64,000 bases of DNA, taken from a virus. Each line of letters opens with the position of its first letter. The stretch's first letter is position 1. Shown here piece by piece: positions 20,546 through 29,903 of this stretch. The stretch lies in the IMG/VR virus record IMGVR_UViG_3300021490_000002, positions 17,255 to 81,254 of that record. The stretch is one strand, 5' to 3'. Made by a program: the position numbers and the translations under genes. The notes beneath the pieces were generated by a model. The model did not search any database. It was not told the DNA's origin and saw only the letters and a list, made by a program, of their open reading frames with translations.

Positions 20546-21526
20546 TTACAAAATTGGATATATTGCATTAACCTCAATAGGCCTATTCCTAACATAGGGA
20601 TTATCAGGCTCTAAAACAATAAAGTAAGTTGAGCAATCATAAACCTTTTCCACCCTGAACTCTTTTAACTTTCTAGTTGACAATTTTGTCTCCTTAAAGT
20701 TTTCCAACTTTAATTCTCCTCCCGTGGAAAATGTGACGTCAGTTTCCGAAAATAGACTTACTAAAGTCATTAACCTATCAACTGTTTTAATTTGAAGCTT
20801 TTTGATTAGAAGCTTGACAAGATAAATCAGGTCTGTCTTCTTAAACCTCCATTCTACTATCCCAGAAGTAATACTTTTCTGGGAAACGAGAGGAAGGAGG
20901 TTGAGAGACTTACAGATTATATCGTAATAGTCTTTCCACCAAGAAGACGTTAAACGGAATATGAAAAAGTTACTTTTTAACTTGACTTTTTTCAATATGA
21001 ACGAAAGTTTTAAGAATAAATATAGCGACATATAATAATTTTCAACGGAGTAGTTGATAAATGTTGTATCTACTTCATTGTAATTTTTGTGGATGTCTGG
21101 AGGGATAAAGTCTTCCCATTGAGGATAGTTCTTAACTATCCTTGACACCAGAGATTGTGTTCTTCCGTTTTGTGTGTATAAGGATACTAATGATTTTATG
21201 ACGTTTGTAATTAATACGTCTTTTGTAACCCCTAATGTATGTGTGTCTCTTAGACTAAAATTCCCTCTAACGGCAAGCTTTTTAATATTTATTTTTCTTT
21301 CTTGCGAATGATGAAGGACGTAGTAACCATAAGTACCTACAGACACATATCCTCTAGTTTTACCTAATACTTGGACTGTTCTTACTGGTATCACCGTCCT
21401 ATTCCCAGATAAAATAAATACAGGCTTGCTTAACTGGTGGATACCTTGTATATTAGGACACAAGTTGAATGCAGGTAAAAGGCCATCTCTTGTTCTGAAA
21501 ATTGAGGTTATGGGATACGCAAGCAT
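20546..21526 (-). CDS. Free-standing degenerate intein-like (Hint + possible LAGLIDADG) protein
   Basis: RBS GGAGG. N-terminus AYPITSIFRTRDGLLPAFNL aligns with intein block A; C-terminus NRPIEVNAI aligns with block F/G. Lacks the Cys1 and terminal Asn. Confidence 0.45.
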   Translation of the reverse strand: MLAYPITSIFRTRDGLLPAFNLCPNIQGIHQLSKPVFILSGNRTVIPVRTVQVLGKTRGYVSVGTYGYYVLHHSQERKINIKKLAVRGNFSLRDTHTLGVTKDVLITNVIKSLVSLYTQNGRTQSLVSRIVKNYPQWEDFIPPDIHKNYNEVDTTFINYSVENYYMSLYLFLKLSFILKKVKLKSNFFIFRLTSSWWKDYYDIICKSLNLLPLVSQKSITSGIVEWRFKKTDLIYLVKLLIKKLQIKTVDRLMTLVSLFSETDVTFSTGGELKLENFKETKLSTRKLKEFRVEKVYDCSTYFIVLEPDNPYVRNRPIEVNAIYPIL

Positions 21527-21555
21527 AAATCAGAACCTCCAGGAGTTTAATTGCT

Positions 21556-22128
21556 ATGATATCCTCTAGTGGGAAAAAGGTTAAACTAACTATAGATTTT
21601 GTCAACGAGATAGTTCCTGCGATTAATGACGAGGATATTTCCAGAATCAGCTTTAACATTCCTAGTATTTATTACACAATTTCTGTTGACATTATTGACT
21701 CTATGATGGCTAACTGGCTTTACGTTGTCTCTTGTAATAAAAGCGTTGGGAATCTTATAAACAATTTCTCTCTAGTTCCGTTTAGACTGGATGCACTTTC
21801 TGTCAAGGATGCATACTTTGTACAAGAAGAGAATAGAATGGTTTGGACAGTAGAGGAACTTATAGAAGAAAGGCTCACTTGGAAGATAGCAAGCAAAGTC
21901 TTAGTCATAAATACAAACGAAAGTTATGGAGGTATTGTTGACTTTGTGTCTGGGAGCCAACACGTATTGATTACCTCTTCTCCTTATGACCATAGAACTG
22001 TTTATGAATCCACGTTTTTAACTCCTTTAATTAAAGGCAGATTTATAACTCATGAAAGGAGAGGACGAGAGTTCATAGCTAAAATAGAGATAGATGCAGA
22101 GGAGTTTAAAAGATGCCTAACATCATAG
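21556..22128 (+). CDS. Putative tail/baseplate protein
   Basis: RBS AGGAG; first gene of the block leading to the BR0599 hub gene. Confidence 0.45.
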   Translation: MISSSGKKVKLTIDFVNEIVPAINDEDISRISFNIPSIYYTISVDIIDSMMANWLYVVSCNKSVGNLINNFSLVPFRLDALSVKDAYFVQEENRMVWTVEELIEERLTWKIASKVLVINTNESYGGIVDFVSGSQHVLITSSPYDHRTVYESTFLTPLIKGRFITHERRGREFIAKIEIDAEEFKRCLTS

Positions 22129-22784
22129 TAATACCGTTGGTGTATCTGGAAAGAAAAAAGACGCCTGAAGTAAGGCCCAACATGGAACAACCAGAGACTA
22201 TCGTTGAACAACAAGAATTTGAATCTCGTGTTGTGTTTAAGGTGGACGTTGCAGTGGCAAATCCTAAAATAAAGGTTCCCTTTAAAAGCACTGTATCATA
22301 CTTACATGCAAAATATATTCGCAACCTTGTATTATCCGCTAGAGCTAAAAGTTTGTATGAGGCTGGATACGAAATTTATGTAACACATCCACTAAGGCAT
22401 TTTACACCTGTATCTATCGAACCTCCTTACATCTTGACAGAATCGGAAGAGTTTAATGAGTATATTGAAACAACATATCAGACATTTGATAACTTTGTTG
22501 CTTGTCTCGTTATTGACACATTCTACACCGTCCACTCGTACTATTTAACCTGCAAACGTGTAATAAGCGATGATATGCCTGAATTTACAAAAATAGAAAT
22601 CTTGTCTTCTTCTCCAGAACTCAACATAATTGAGGGGACTATTGATAGGGCATACCTAAGCTACCCTGTTAAATTACTTCCTACTGACTTTACTGTTACT
22701 ATAACTCATAGTGAAGGAAATGCGTATGATGTAACCGTAAGCGCAAGTGTTGACGGAACTATTGACAAGCGTATTTTACTGTAA
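22113..22784 (+). CDS. Putative tail/baseplate protein
   Basis: Overlaps the previous gene, RBS GAGGAG; synteny. Confidence 0.45.
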   Translation: MPNIIVIPLVYLERKKTPEVRPNMEQPETIVEQQEFESRVVFKVDVAVANPKIKVPFKSTVSYLHAKYIRNLVLSARAKSLYEAGYEIYVTHPLRHFTPVSIEPPYILTESEEFNEYIETTYQTFDNFVACLVIDTFYTVHSYYLTCKRVISDDMPEFTKIEILSSSPELNIIEGTIDRAYLSYPVKLLPTDFTVTITHSEGNAYDVTVSASVDGTIDKRILL

Positions 22785-22796
22785 AGGAGTGAGGCC

Positions 22797-23549
22797 TTGA
22801 TACATAATAAAATTTACATATTTGGAAAATCTAGCGTCACTTACCATAATATCCCGCTACATTATGATATTATGGTGATTCCCTATCCGCAGGCGATAGA
22901 TTATAAGAATATTGCAGATAGAATGGATTTTACTGGCGTATTAATGGACATGGGCACTGGAACGTTTGAGCCTATATTTCTTAGGAAACTACCTATATTT
23001 CAAAAAATCTTTAATGTATTTCTCCCTAATAGAGCTGAAATAAACAAAATGTTGGACCTCCAGTTTTTGATAGAGGGGCGTTACCTATCCTTTTGGTTTA
23101 CTGCTATGGAAGAGGATTTTAGACCTGTTGGCTATGCTCCTTTCCATGTTCCAGATGAATTTGAGATTTATAAGTACGAAGCTGGGATGCAGTATTTTTA
23201 TAGTTTAAACTGGGGTCAGAAATCAATTGAGGATGTTTATAAGCAGAGAATGGTCGCTATTGTATATGATGGATTTTCCAAAATTCACTTTAACCAAATT
23301 TCGTCTATGGAAATTCAATTAGACTATAGGGTTCTAAAAGTAAACTTGGATTATCCTATGCCAGAAATAATCGTAAGTGATATTGATGTAATTACTACGT
23401 TTTTGTATGTGCGAAGTAATAAGGAAGATATTACTTTTAACTTTGTTACGTCTGATATTGCCTATGTTACTTTGGACTTGGTTGAGGACTACAAAAATTA
23501 TTATAACCCATTTACTGAGTCTCCAAAGATTTACCCTGAAGGAGTGTAA
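22797..23549 (+). CDS. Putative distal tail protein
   Basis: RBS AGGAG; EGRYLSFWF motif resembles distal-tail (DUF2460-like) proteins. Confidence 0.45.
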   Translation: MIHNKIYIFGKSSVTYHNIPLHYDIMVIPYPQAIDYKNIADRMDFTGVLMDMGTGTFEPIFLRKLPIFQKIFNVFLPNRAEINKMLDLQFLIEGRYLSFWFTAMEEDFRPVGYAPFHVPDEFEIYKYEAGMQYFYSLNWGQKSIEDVYKQRMVAIVYDGFSKIHFNQISSMEIQLDYRVLKVNLDYPMPEIIVSDIDVITTFLYVRSNKEDITFNFVTSDIAYVTLDLVEDYKNYYNPFTESPKIYPEGV

Positions 23550-23551
23550 AT

Positions 23552-24529
23552 ATGTCTTGGCAAACCTGGGAAGAAGCAGTAACCGTAGGCCACGTTATTT
23601 ACCTGTATCAGTTTGACTTCTATTCTACTTATAGTGATACTACTTCGGTCGGATTCTGTACTGGGCGGAGTGAAATTGTGTATAACGGATTGACATTTTA
23701 CCCACGTCCAATAGTTCACTCGGCTATAAAGTTTACTTACGGAGATGTAGATACTACAATCCATCTTCCAGCTACAAAGTACTGGATAGATATATTTTTT
23801 AAGACAGAGTTTCTTAAGTGTGACCTTACTATTTATCGCTATAAGGAGGAGTTGAACGGAGCTATTATTCTTTTCAAAGGAAAATACAAAAAAGCTTCAC
23901 TAAAAACGACTACTATTGATGTAGAGTTCGGATTAGGTCTTAACCTTGCTAACTCCGAAGTCATTACTTATTGGGTCCAGCGATACTGTAATCATATTAT
24001 CTATGATAAATATTGTGGCCTTTCACAAGATGCCTACAAGGCGGAATATACTAATTTTAACATTACTGGAGACAATGTGGTAGAGTTGCCTAGCTCTCCA
24101 TATTTTTTAGGAGATTCCTTTGATGACTTTTGGAGAGAAGGGTTGGTCATCCTTATGGGAGGTGTGGAGATACCTAACGTCACTTTTTTTGAGCTTCCTG
24201 TCCCAAATTTAATAGCTTCTGTTTTATCACCGACTTCGTTTTCACTTAAATGGAATATTCCAGACTATGTTATGAATTATGCTAACAAAAAGATTACTAT
24301 ACTTCCCAATTGCATAGGTGACTTAGATAGATGTAAGCTACTTTTTGGCAATCTTCCCAGGGCATGTGGGTGGCCCGATATGCCGTCAAATATGCTTACA
24401 AGCGATACTCTTAGCGATACGTCGGTGCGTAATAGAGGCAATATCGGTCAGATGTGCTTGGGCGATGAATCTGAAAACAATGATAATAATGACGACAATC
24501 CAGACCATAGTGGAGATTGGGGTCCATGA
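23552..24529 (+). CDS. Baseplate hub protein, DUF2163 / phage BR0599 family (Fe-S Cys cluster)
   Basis: QRYCNHIIYDKYCGL and PNCIGDLDRCKLLFGN...GWPDMP match the four conserved Cys. Confidence 0.85.
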   Translation: MSWQTWEEAVTVGHVIYLYQFDFYSTYSDTTSVGFCTGRSEIVYNGLTFYPRPIVHSAIKFTYGDVDTTIHLPATKYWIDIFFKTEFLKCDLTIYRYKEELNGAIILFKGKYKKASLKTTTIDVEFGLGLNLANSEVITYWVQRYCNHIIYDKYCGLSQDAYKAEYTNFNITGDNVVELPSSPYFLGDSFDDFWREGLVILMGGVEIPNVTFFELPVPNLIASVLSPTSFSLKWNIPDYVMNYANKKITILPNCIGDLDRCKLLFGNLPRACGWPDMPSNMLTSDTLSDTSVRNRGNIGQMCLGDESENNDNNDDNPDHSGDWGP

Positions 24530-24924
24530 GCGTAATTGTCGGTAGATTTAAACAAATTTTAAGAAATAACCCCAAGTTGCGAAAGGTTCTCAAGTTACGA
24601 TATAATCGCCCCACCAATGAACTTTTCTCATACTTACTTGACAAAAGAAATAGAATGGCTGACAATTTATCTGAATGTTTAAGTTATAATAGACGTAACT
24701 TAAAGGAATGTCTGGAGAAAAAGTTAGGATTACAATTGGAATGGGTAGATGACATTGCAGATAGCGGAACATATATATTAATCCAAAATGCTAGAGTATC
24801 AATTATCACAAACAAATTAGTTATCGGTCGGACCTGTGCTGACGAAATAACTCTTAGGCAGAAGTATTCGAACGAGGGATTAAGATTGTTTAAAAAGCTT
24901 AAAGTGGTGGAATATGAGACATAA
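24517..24924 (+). CDS. Hypothetical protein at the usual NlpC/P60 slot
   Basis: Position after the hub gene; no catalytic DC/H motif. Confidence 0.4.
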   Translation: MGSMSVIVGRFKQILRNNPKLRKVLKLRYNRPTNELFSYLLDKRNRMADNLSECLSYNRRNLKECLEKKLGLQLEWVDDIADSGTYILIQNARVSIITNKLVIGRTCADEITLRQKYSNEGLRLFKKLKVVEYET

Positions 24925-25969
24925 AGAAGTATTCGTATTTTGTGCTACAATATTTATGTATGTTCTACTATCCCCACATATACTAATTTCTACTGGAAAT
25001 CGTAATTTAGTAAACAAAAAAGTTGTTATAGTTTCATCTTATAATCCATTCAATGTATGTTATAGGCCACAAATGCTTGGAATTATAGATTGCCTACGAG
25101 ATAAACATTATATAAGAGACGATGAAGTTGTTCAAATATACTATTTAAGAGCGAAAACTAAAAATATTAATCCCGCAGATATTAGTGATGTTGCTGATGA
25201 TATTGTAAAAAACATAATCGAAAACTTTCCTAATCTAAGTTTTGTGGTTACCGTAGATGATATTGCTTTTAACTATGTTGGTATTAGGCTGGCAAATATA
25301 GGTTATAAAGTTATATTCAGTGGATTAAATCTTCCACTGACTTTTTACAAAAGTAGATTAAACAACAACGCCGAGGTGGCTGGAGTAGAGGAAATAATAA
25401 GACTAGAAAAACTTTGGGACCTTTTAGATTTGGCTGCATTGACGCCAAAGACTTATTATGTTGTCACAAGTTCCTGCACTTTTATGTCATATACCGAAAA
25501 GGCCTTGATTGATACCCTATCAAACGAATTTAATAAACGAGGTATTTCAAACATCCAAACTATTTCCTTCCCAGATACAACATCTTTGACTGATTTTATT
25601 CAGAAACTACAAAAAGAGGAATTTTCAGTAATTTTTATAACTGCTCAGCGATTATACGACCCTCCCACTAGAAGACTTGTAAGTATGGAAAAGATAGTTA
25701 AGATTGTTACAAGTTTAAATATGCGTCATTTGGAAGTAGTATTCAACTTACTCTTAAGCAAAGAGTACAATGCAGCTATTTCTACCTCTGTTAATTTTTA
25801 TAATATGGGCATGTTAGCTGGGAATATCCTGATAAATTTTCAGTCTGGCAAAATAAAACAACCAGAGGTACGTCTTGGCTGTAATGTGTCACGCTTAGAA
25901 GCGTTGGGGTTGTTTTATAAAATATTTTCAAATAAAGATATAAGGGAGAGGATAGATGAACTTTATTAA
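24914..25969 (+). CDS. ABC-transporter substrate-binding-like (periplasmic sensor-type) protein
   Basis: N-terminal hydrophobic anchor; KKVVIVSSYN, VTVDDIAF, VIFSGLN, GVEE, GMLAG motifs. Confidence 0.7.
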   Translation: MRHKEVFVFCATIFMYVLLSPHILISTGNRNLVNKKVVIVSSYNPFNVCYRPQMLGIIDCLRDKHYIRDDEVVQIYYLRAKTKNINPADISDVADDIVKNIIENFPNLSFVVTVDDIAFNYVGIRLANIGYKVIFSGLNLPLTFYKSRLNNNAEVAGVEEIIRLEKLWDLLDLAALTPKTYYVVTSSCTFMSYTEKALIDTLSNEFNKRGISNIQTISFPDTTSLTDFIQKLQKEEFSVIFITAQRLYDPPTRRLVSMEKIVKIVTSLNMRHLEVVFNLLLSKEYNAAISTSVNFYNMGMLAGNILINFQSGKIKQPEVRLGCNVSRLEALGLFYKIFSNKDIRERIDELY

Positions 25970-26279
25970 AAACTACATACTATCGGATTACTCAATTATT
26001 CTCCAGGGATTGGTTATACTTATTATTTTATTGTTTCTCTCAGGACGTGTCGTATCTTCGGTGAAAAAAGATACTATAACTTACTTGCAAAGTATGTCTG
26101 TAAAAGGTAAAGGGGTAGTAAATGTTTACAAGAATGTGAGAGAGATAGTGATTGAAGGTTCTAATGTAGGGCAGAATTCCCAGTCCTTCGTTTTCCCAAA
26201 AAGTCGTTGGGTGACTATCAAAGCGAAAAAAGATGTTACTACAGATGAGGAGCAAATTCTAATAATTGAATTAAAATAA
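25956..26279 (+). CDS. Single-pass membrane protein
   Basis: N-terminal TM segment; RBS GAGG. Confidence 0.55.
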   Translation: MNFIKNYILSDYSIILQGLVILIILLFLSGRVVSSVKKDTITYLQSMSVKGKGVVNVYKNVREIVIEGSNVGQNSQSFVFPKSRWVTIKAKKDVTTDEEQILIIELK

Positions 26280-26300
26280 ATTTGCACTTTGGAGGGTTAA

Positions 26301-26573
26301 ATGCTTGACGTATTGAACTTATCTAACGTTACTCTTGTAGCTCTAACCAAACTTCTTTTGATTTTTGCAGCAATTTGTGTCTTTGTTATCTATATACTGG
26401 GAAAGGGAGTAAGTTCGTTGGATAAACGAATGGAAAATATCGAGGAAACATTGTCTCAGTTATCTCCCGCTATTACTGAAATAAACATAATACTTTCTGC
26501 TCTACTTAAGATTTCTAACATAGAAAAAAGTAGTTTGATTAAAAATAAAAAGGAGGTAGATGATGTCAACTAA
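26301..26573 (+). CDS. Membrane protein with coiled coil (possible holin-like)
   Basis: RBS GGAGG; TM helix followed by LDKRMENIEETL. Confidence 0.45.
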   Translation: MLDVLNLSNVTLVALTKLLLIFAAICVFVIYILGKGVSSLDKRMENIEETLSQLSPAITEINIILSALLKISNIEKSSLIKNKKEVDDVN

Positions 26574-26865
26574 GGGAGGAGATAAGGCTGTAGGCGGTTC
26601 TGGCGGTGCTGGTAATATGTCTGCATTTGGATGGATTTCGATGGGCGTAACCTTATTGACTGTAGTGTTTGCGTTATTTTCTAAGGGCCATAATGATAAG
26701 ACCGAAACGGCAGATGTTTCTGTAGAAATTACTCCGCCCCATACGGATTCGCAACCTCTGCCCAGAACTTACGGTACGTGTAAGGTTAGGGCTAACACAG
26801 TTTGGTGGGGAAATCTTGTGATTAAAGACAGTACTATGGACGAAATAAACAAACGCTACTACTAG
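26560..26865 (+). CDS. Small tail-tip assembly protein
   Basis: TM-like segment plus PLPRTYGTCKVRANTVWWG, the P-x-x-Y-G motif of tail-tip N-termini. Confidence 0.7.
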   Translation: MMSTKGGDKAVGGSGGAGNMSAFGWISMGVTLLTVVFALFSKGHNDKTETADVSVEITPPHTDSQPLPRTYGTCKVRANTVWWGNLVIKDSTMDEINKRYY

Positions 26866-26877
26866 AGGAGATAGACT

Positions 26878-28185
26878 ATGCCTGCATTATCAACCGCTTT
26901 TACTGTAGTTAGCATAGCAGCCTCGCTAATTCTTCTAATGGGAGGAAAAAAGAAAGCTAAAAAGGCGAAGAATAAACCCGTAGGAAAGCGTATTTGGTCC
27001 GACCACTTACTTGCTTGTGCTTATTATTCTCCCAGAACTGTATGTCTATACTTTAATGTCATCTTAGTAACTGGTGATAGATTTTTATTTACAGACCCGA
27101 TGCCTATGGCCGAATTCTGGGGACACGAATATGACATAGGGCACGCTATATACGATACAAGTACTAACGCATACACAAATGTGGGCATAGCAGATTGCTT
27201 CACCATAGAATACCCTGGTTCGTCTATGCCTGATAATTTCTTTGATACGCTAGATGAGTTGGAGCGAGCAAATAGAATACCAAAATTTAGTAGAGGTGAC
27301 GGTGCAAACCCACAATATAAAACACATTCGTTAGGAGTCGCCACATTTGCCGTCAATCAGGGATTTATGGGGGTTAATAACGGAGCTATTCCTGGCTACC
27401 AAGCGATACTAACAATAATTCCAGGAACAGTTTACTTACTCATGAAGTATGGGGAACCATTAGGTCTAGGAGACTCCTCATATTGGGTTCGGTTTAGGAA
27501 GTCTAATTATTGCGGAGATGTAGTAGATTTAAACCCTATCGCAATAGTTACAGATATCCTACTAGACTTGTATAGAGTAGAGGATATTGATTGGACGTCA
27601 GCAGCATCTATAGGAGGAAGATTAATCACAACATTTCCATATATGTGGTTTTCTCTTGCTTACAAAAATAACAGATATTCGGATGTTCTGGAAACCATGT
27701 CTAAAATAGCTCGTATAGCCGTGAATCTTTCTAGTGATGGAAAGATTAGGTTTAAACTCCTGTATGACCCTTACGAGGACGTATCTTCTCTTCCAGTAGT
27801 AAGACTTGAACGCATGACGGACGTTACGATAGAAAAGCCATCAACAGATTCGTCAGATGTGATAAACGAATTTAAGGCAAGATACCTTGCTTGTCGTATT
27901 GATGAAGTATATGACGGAACTGGAGATGATGCTTACGAATACTTATATAATAGCGCTGCTGCCCCTCCAGTTGCGAATATGGCTCATGCGATGCTTATAG
28001 GAGCTAGAAAAAGACAATCTTTAAACCTAGATTACTTACATTGGATAGACGATGTAAAGGCCTACCTGGAAGATATGCTTGACATATTCAGTAAACCAAC
28101 AATTAGTGGGTCTATTAAAACTTCCTTCGCCTACAACTACTTAAATGTAGGTGATGGGTTTACCATAGAAGTTCCTCTGGAGTAG
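26878..28185 (+). CDS. Tail tip / central fibre protein, N-terminal part (lambda J / phage-tail_3-like)
   Basis: DLNPIAIVTDIL, IDWTS, DGKIRFKL, LNVGD motifs. Confidence 0.75.
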   Translation: MPALSTAFTVVSIAASLILLMGGKKKAKKAKNKPVGKRIWSDHLLACAYYSPRTVCLYFNVILVTGDRFLFTDPMPMAEFWGHEYDIGHAIYDTSTNAYTNVGIADCFTIEYPGSSMPDNFFDTLDELERANRIPKFSRGDGANPQYKTHSLGVATFAVNQGFMGVNNGAIPGYQAILTIIPGTVYLLMKYGEPLGLGDSSYWVRFRKSNYCGDVVDLNPIAIVTDILLDLYRVEDIDWTSAASIGGRLITTFPYMWFSLAYKNNRYSDVLETMSKIARIAVNLSSDGKIRFKLLYDPYEDVSSLPVVRLERMTDVTIEKPSTDSSDVINEFKARYLACRIDEVYDGTGDDAYEYLYNSAAAPPVANMAHAMLIGARKRQSLNLDYLHWIDDVKAYLEDMLDIFSKPTISGSIKTSFAYNYLNVGDGFTIEVPLE

Positions 28186-28189
28186 AACT

Positions 28190-29560
28190 ATGAGCGAAAA
28201 TTTATTAAAAATTTATGCAACTGTAATAAGTAAAACCATTAACGAGTATCCTAGCGAGACTATTGATATTGAATTTAAAGAGTATAGGGAGATTGCAGAA
28301 CAAGGAGAATTATATATTCCTTCTGTTCCTCCTCTTCCAAGTCCTTTAGCTGAGGATAAACCCCTTCCCTTTTTGGTCGTTAAAACATCTCCCTTAATAA
28401 CAGGCGTTTCCAACGTAATGTTCCCAGCGCATATTACAAGTGGTACATTTAACTCATTTTCAGTCTTTGAAAAGAATGAATATACAAACGACCCTGTTAA
28501 CGCTGAGGCCATCGCATCTTACGGGTCTCCTGAAGCTACATTAATTGGAAAATTGGCGACGCCTGTAGATTTGAGGGAAAGTATCGACACCGTAGAAGTT
28601 ACACTAGAGGGAGTAAGTAGTGAAAACGAAAGACTTCCTGAAGATTATTACAATAGACTGGGGGAATTTTTTGAGGAAGATACCCTAACAAATTGGGTCT
28701 TACTTACAGATATTGACTACCCAGAAATAGGTGAAGACGAGGATTCTACTCCTGTTATCCATGCCTTTGGTATAGGATACTTATTCAGAGTATTTCGCAG
28801 CGTAATTTTATCTCCAGAAGAACCTATTAGAATCCAATTACAAGGTTTTCTTAATGTAGATGTCGGAGCGGACCGTTACTTAAAACTATTGGATATGGGA
28901 AAGTCAGTAGTATTTTTAAATAGTACTTCCACCGCCTCAAGCTACGGCATTACCCTTGCTCCAGTAACTAATGTTTTTTTCTGTGACCTTGCCCTTGTTG
29001 GTGTTGAATCTAATGTGATTGGGATAGCCTATTCTATGTTTTCTACTGAAGGAAAAAAGACCGAAAACGATGGAATTGTACCTGCCGAATATTCGTCGTA
29101 CCCCAAACCGTACATAACAGTGAATAGTGAGTTAAATCCTATTCCTGGAGGGACAGACACTTATTTGATAGTTAGAAGTGTAGATACACTTGACTTGAGG
29201 TTTTTTTATTATTCACCTAGAATGTTAGATAACTCACAAAATCCGTTGGATATAACGCCTTCTAACGGTATTGAACCGACCACTTCAATTAATGAAGTTG
29301 CATTACATGGTGTAACTGAAAATGTTAACGTGATTTTTAAGTTTACTGCTGTCGCTCCAGATGGAACTCCTACGGGAGAAGTATATACTAAAGTATTCCA
29401 GATACAAACTATAGGGTATAGGATATCTATAGGTGAAATTATAGGGGCATTAGGAGGGGCTCCTAGATTCGACATTACGGCATATCCTGACCTTACAGGA
29501 AATTTATACTACACAACGTCAGAAAGTAATAAAGTGCATGTGGAGGTATCCGATGTATAA
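28190..29560 (+). CDS. Tail tip protein, C-terminal part
   Basis: Begins with ATVISKT...IDIEFKEY, which continues the domain cut at the end of the previous ORF; own GGAG RBS. Confidence 0.6.
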   Translation: MSENLLKIYATVISKTINEYPSETIDIEFKEYREIAEQGELYIPSVPPLPSPLAEDKPLPFLVVKTSPLITGVSNVMFPAHITSGTFNSFSVFEKNEYTNDPVNAEAIASYGSPEATLIGKLATPVDLRESIDTVEVTLEGVSSENERLPEDYYNRLGEFFEEDTLTNWVLLTDIDYPEIGEDEDSTPVIHAFGIGYLFRVFRSVILSPEEPIRIQLQGFLNVDVGADRYLKLLDMGKSVVFLNSTSTASSYGITLAPVTNVFFCDLALVGVESNVIGIAYSMFSTEGKKTENDGIVPAEYSSYPKPYITVNSELNPIPGGTDTYLIVRSVDTLDLRFFYYSPRMLDNSQNPLDITPSNGIEPTTSINEVALHGVTENVNVIFKFTAVAPDGTPTGEVYTKVFQIQTIGYRISIGEIIGALGGAPRFDITAYPDLTGNLYYTTSESNKVHVEVSDV

Positions 29561-29900
29561 ATTTGCACTGGAAGACAAACCAGTTTTAAATAAAGACTTG
29601 ATGTTTGTCAGATTAGTCAAAGTAGATAATTTTTTAGAGATTGAACGCTTATACCAGGATAAAGTAATTTCCACAATTTTTCCTCCTTTATTTAATAACT
29701 ATATTTTAGTGTTCGCAGAAAACGATAACTCAAAACTAAACGGAATTGTGTTGTGGCTGGAGGGAAACGCAGGAAAAGCAAAGTTAGTAAAGCCAAGTAG
29801 TTTACCTGAAGAGCAACTACGTCTCTTGGCAAAAAATGCGTTGGGGTTGGCTTATAACACACCATATACATCTATAGACCTAAATCCATTAGAGAGGTAG
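29553..29900 (+). CDS. Hypothetical protein
   Basis: GGAGG RBS favours the ATG at 29553 over 29538. Confidence 0.55.
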   Translation: MYKFALEDKPVLNKDLMFVRLVKVDNFLEIERLYQDKVISTIFPPLFNNYILVFAENDNSKLNGIVLWLEGNAGKAKLVKPSSLPEEQLRLLAKNALGLAYNTPYTSIDLNPLER

Positions 29901-29903
29901 ATA

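Noticed and set aside
26863-29903. Amber (TAG) recoding suggested by in-frame neighbours at 26865/26878 and 29900/29904
   Set aside because: Downstream genes have their own RBS and ATG, and the large conserved genes are uninterrupted in the standard code.
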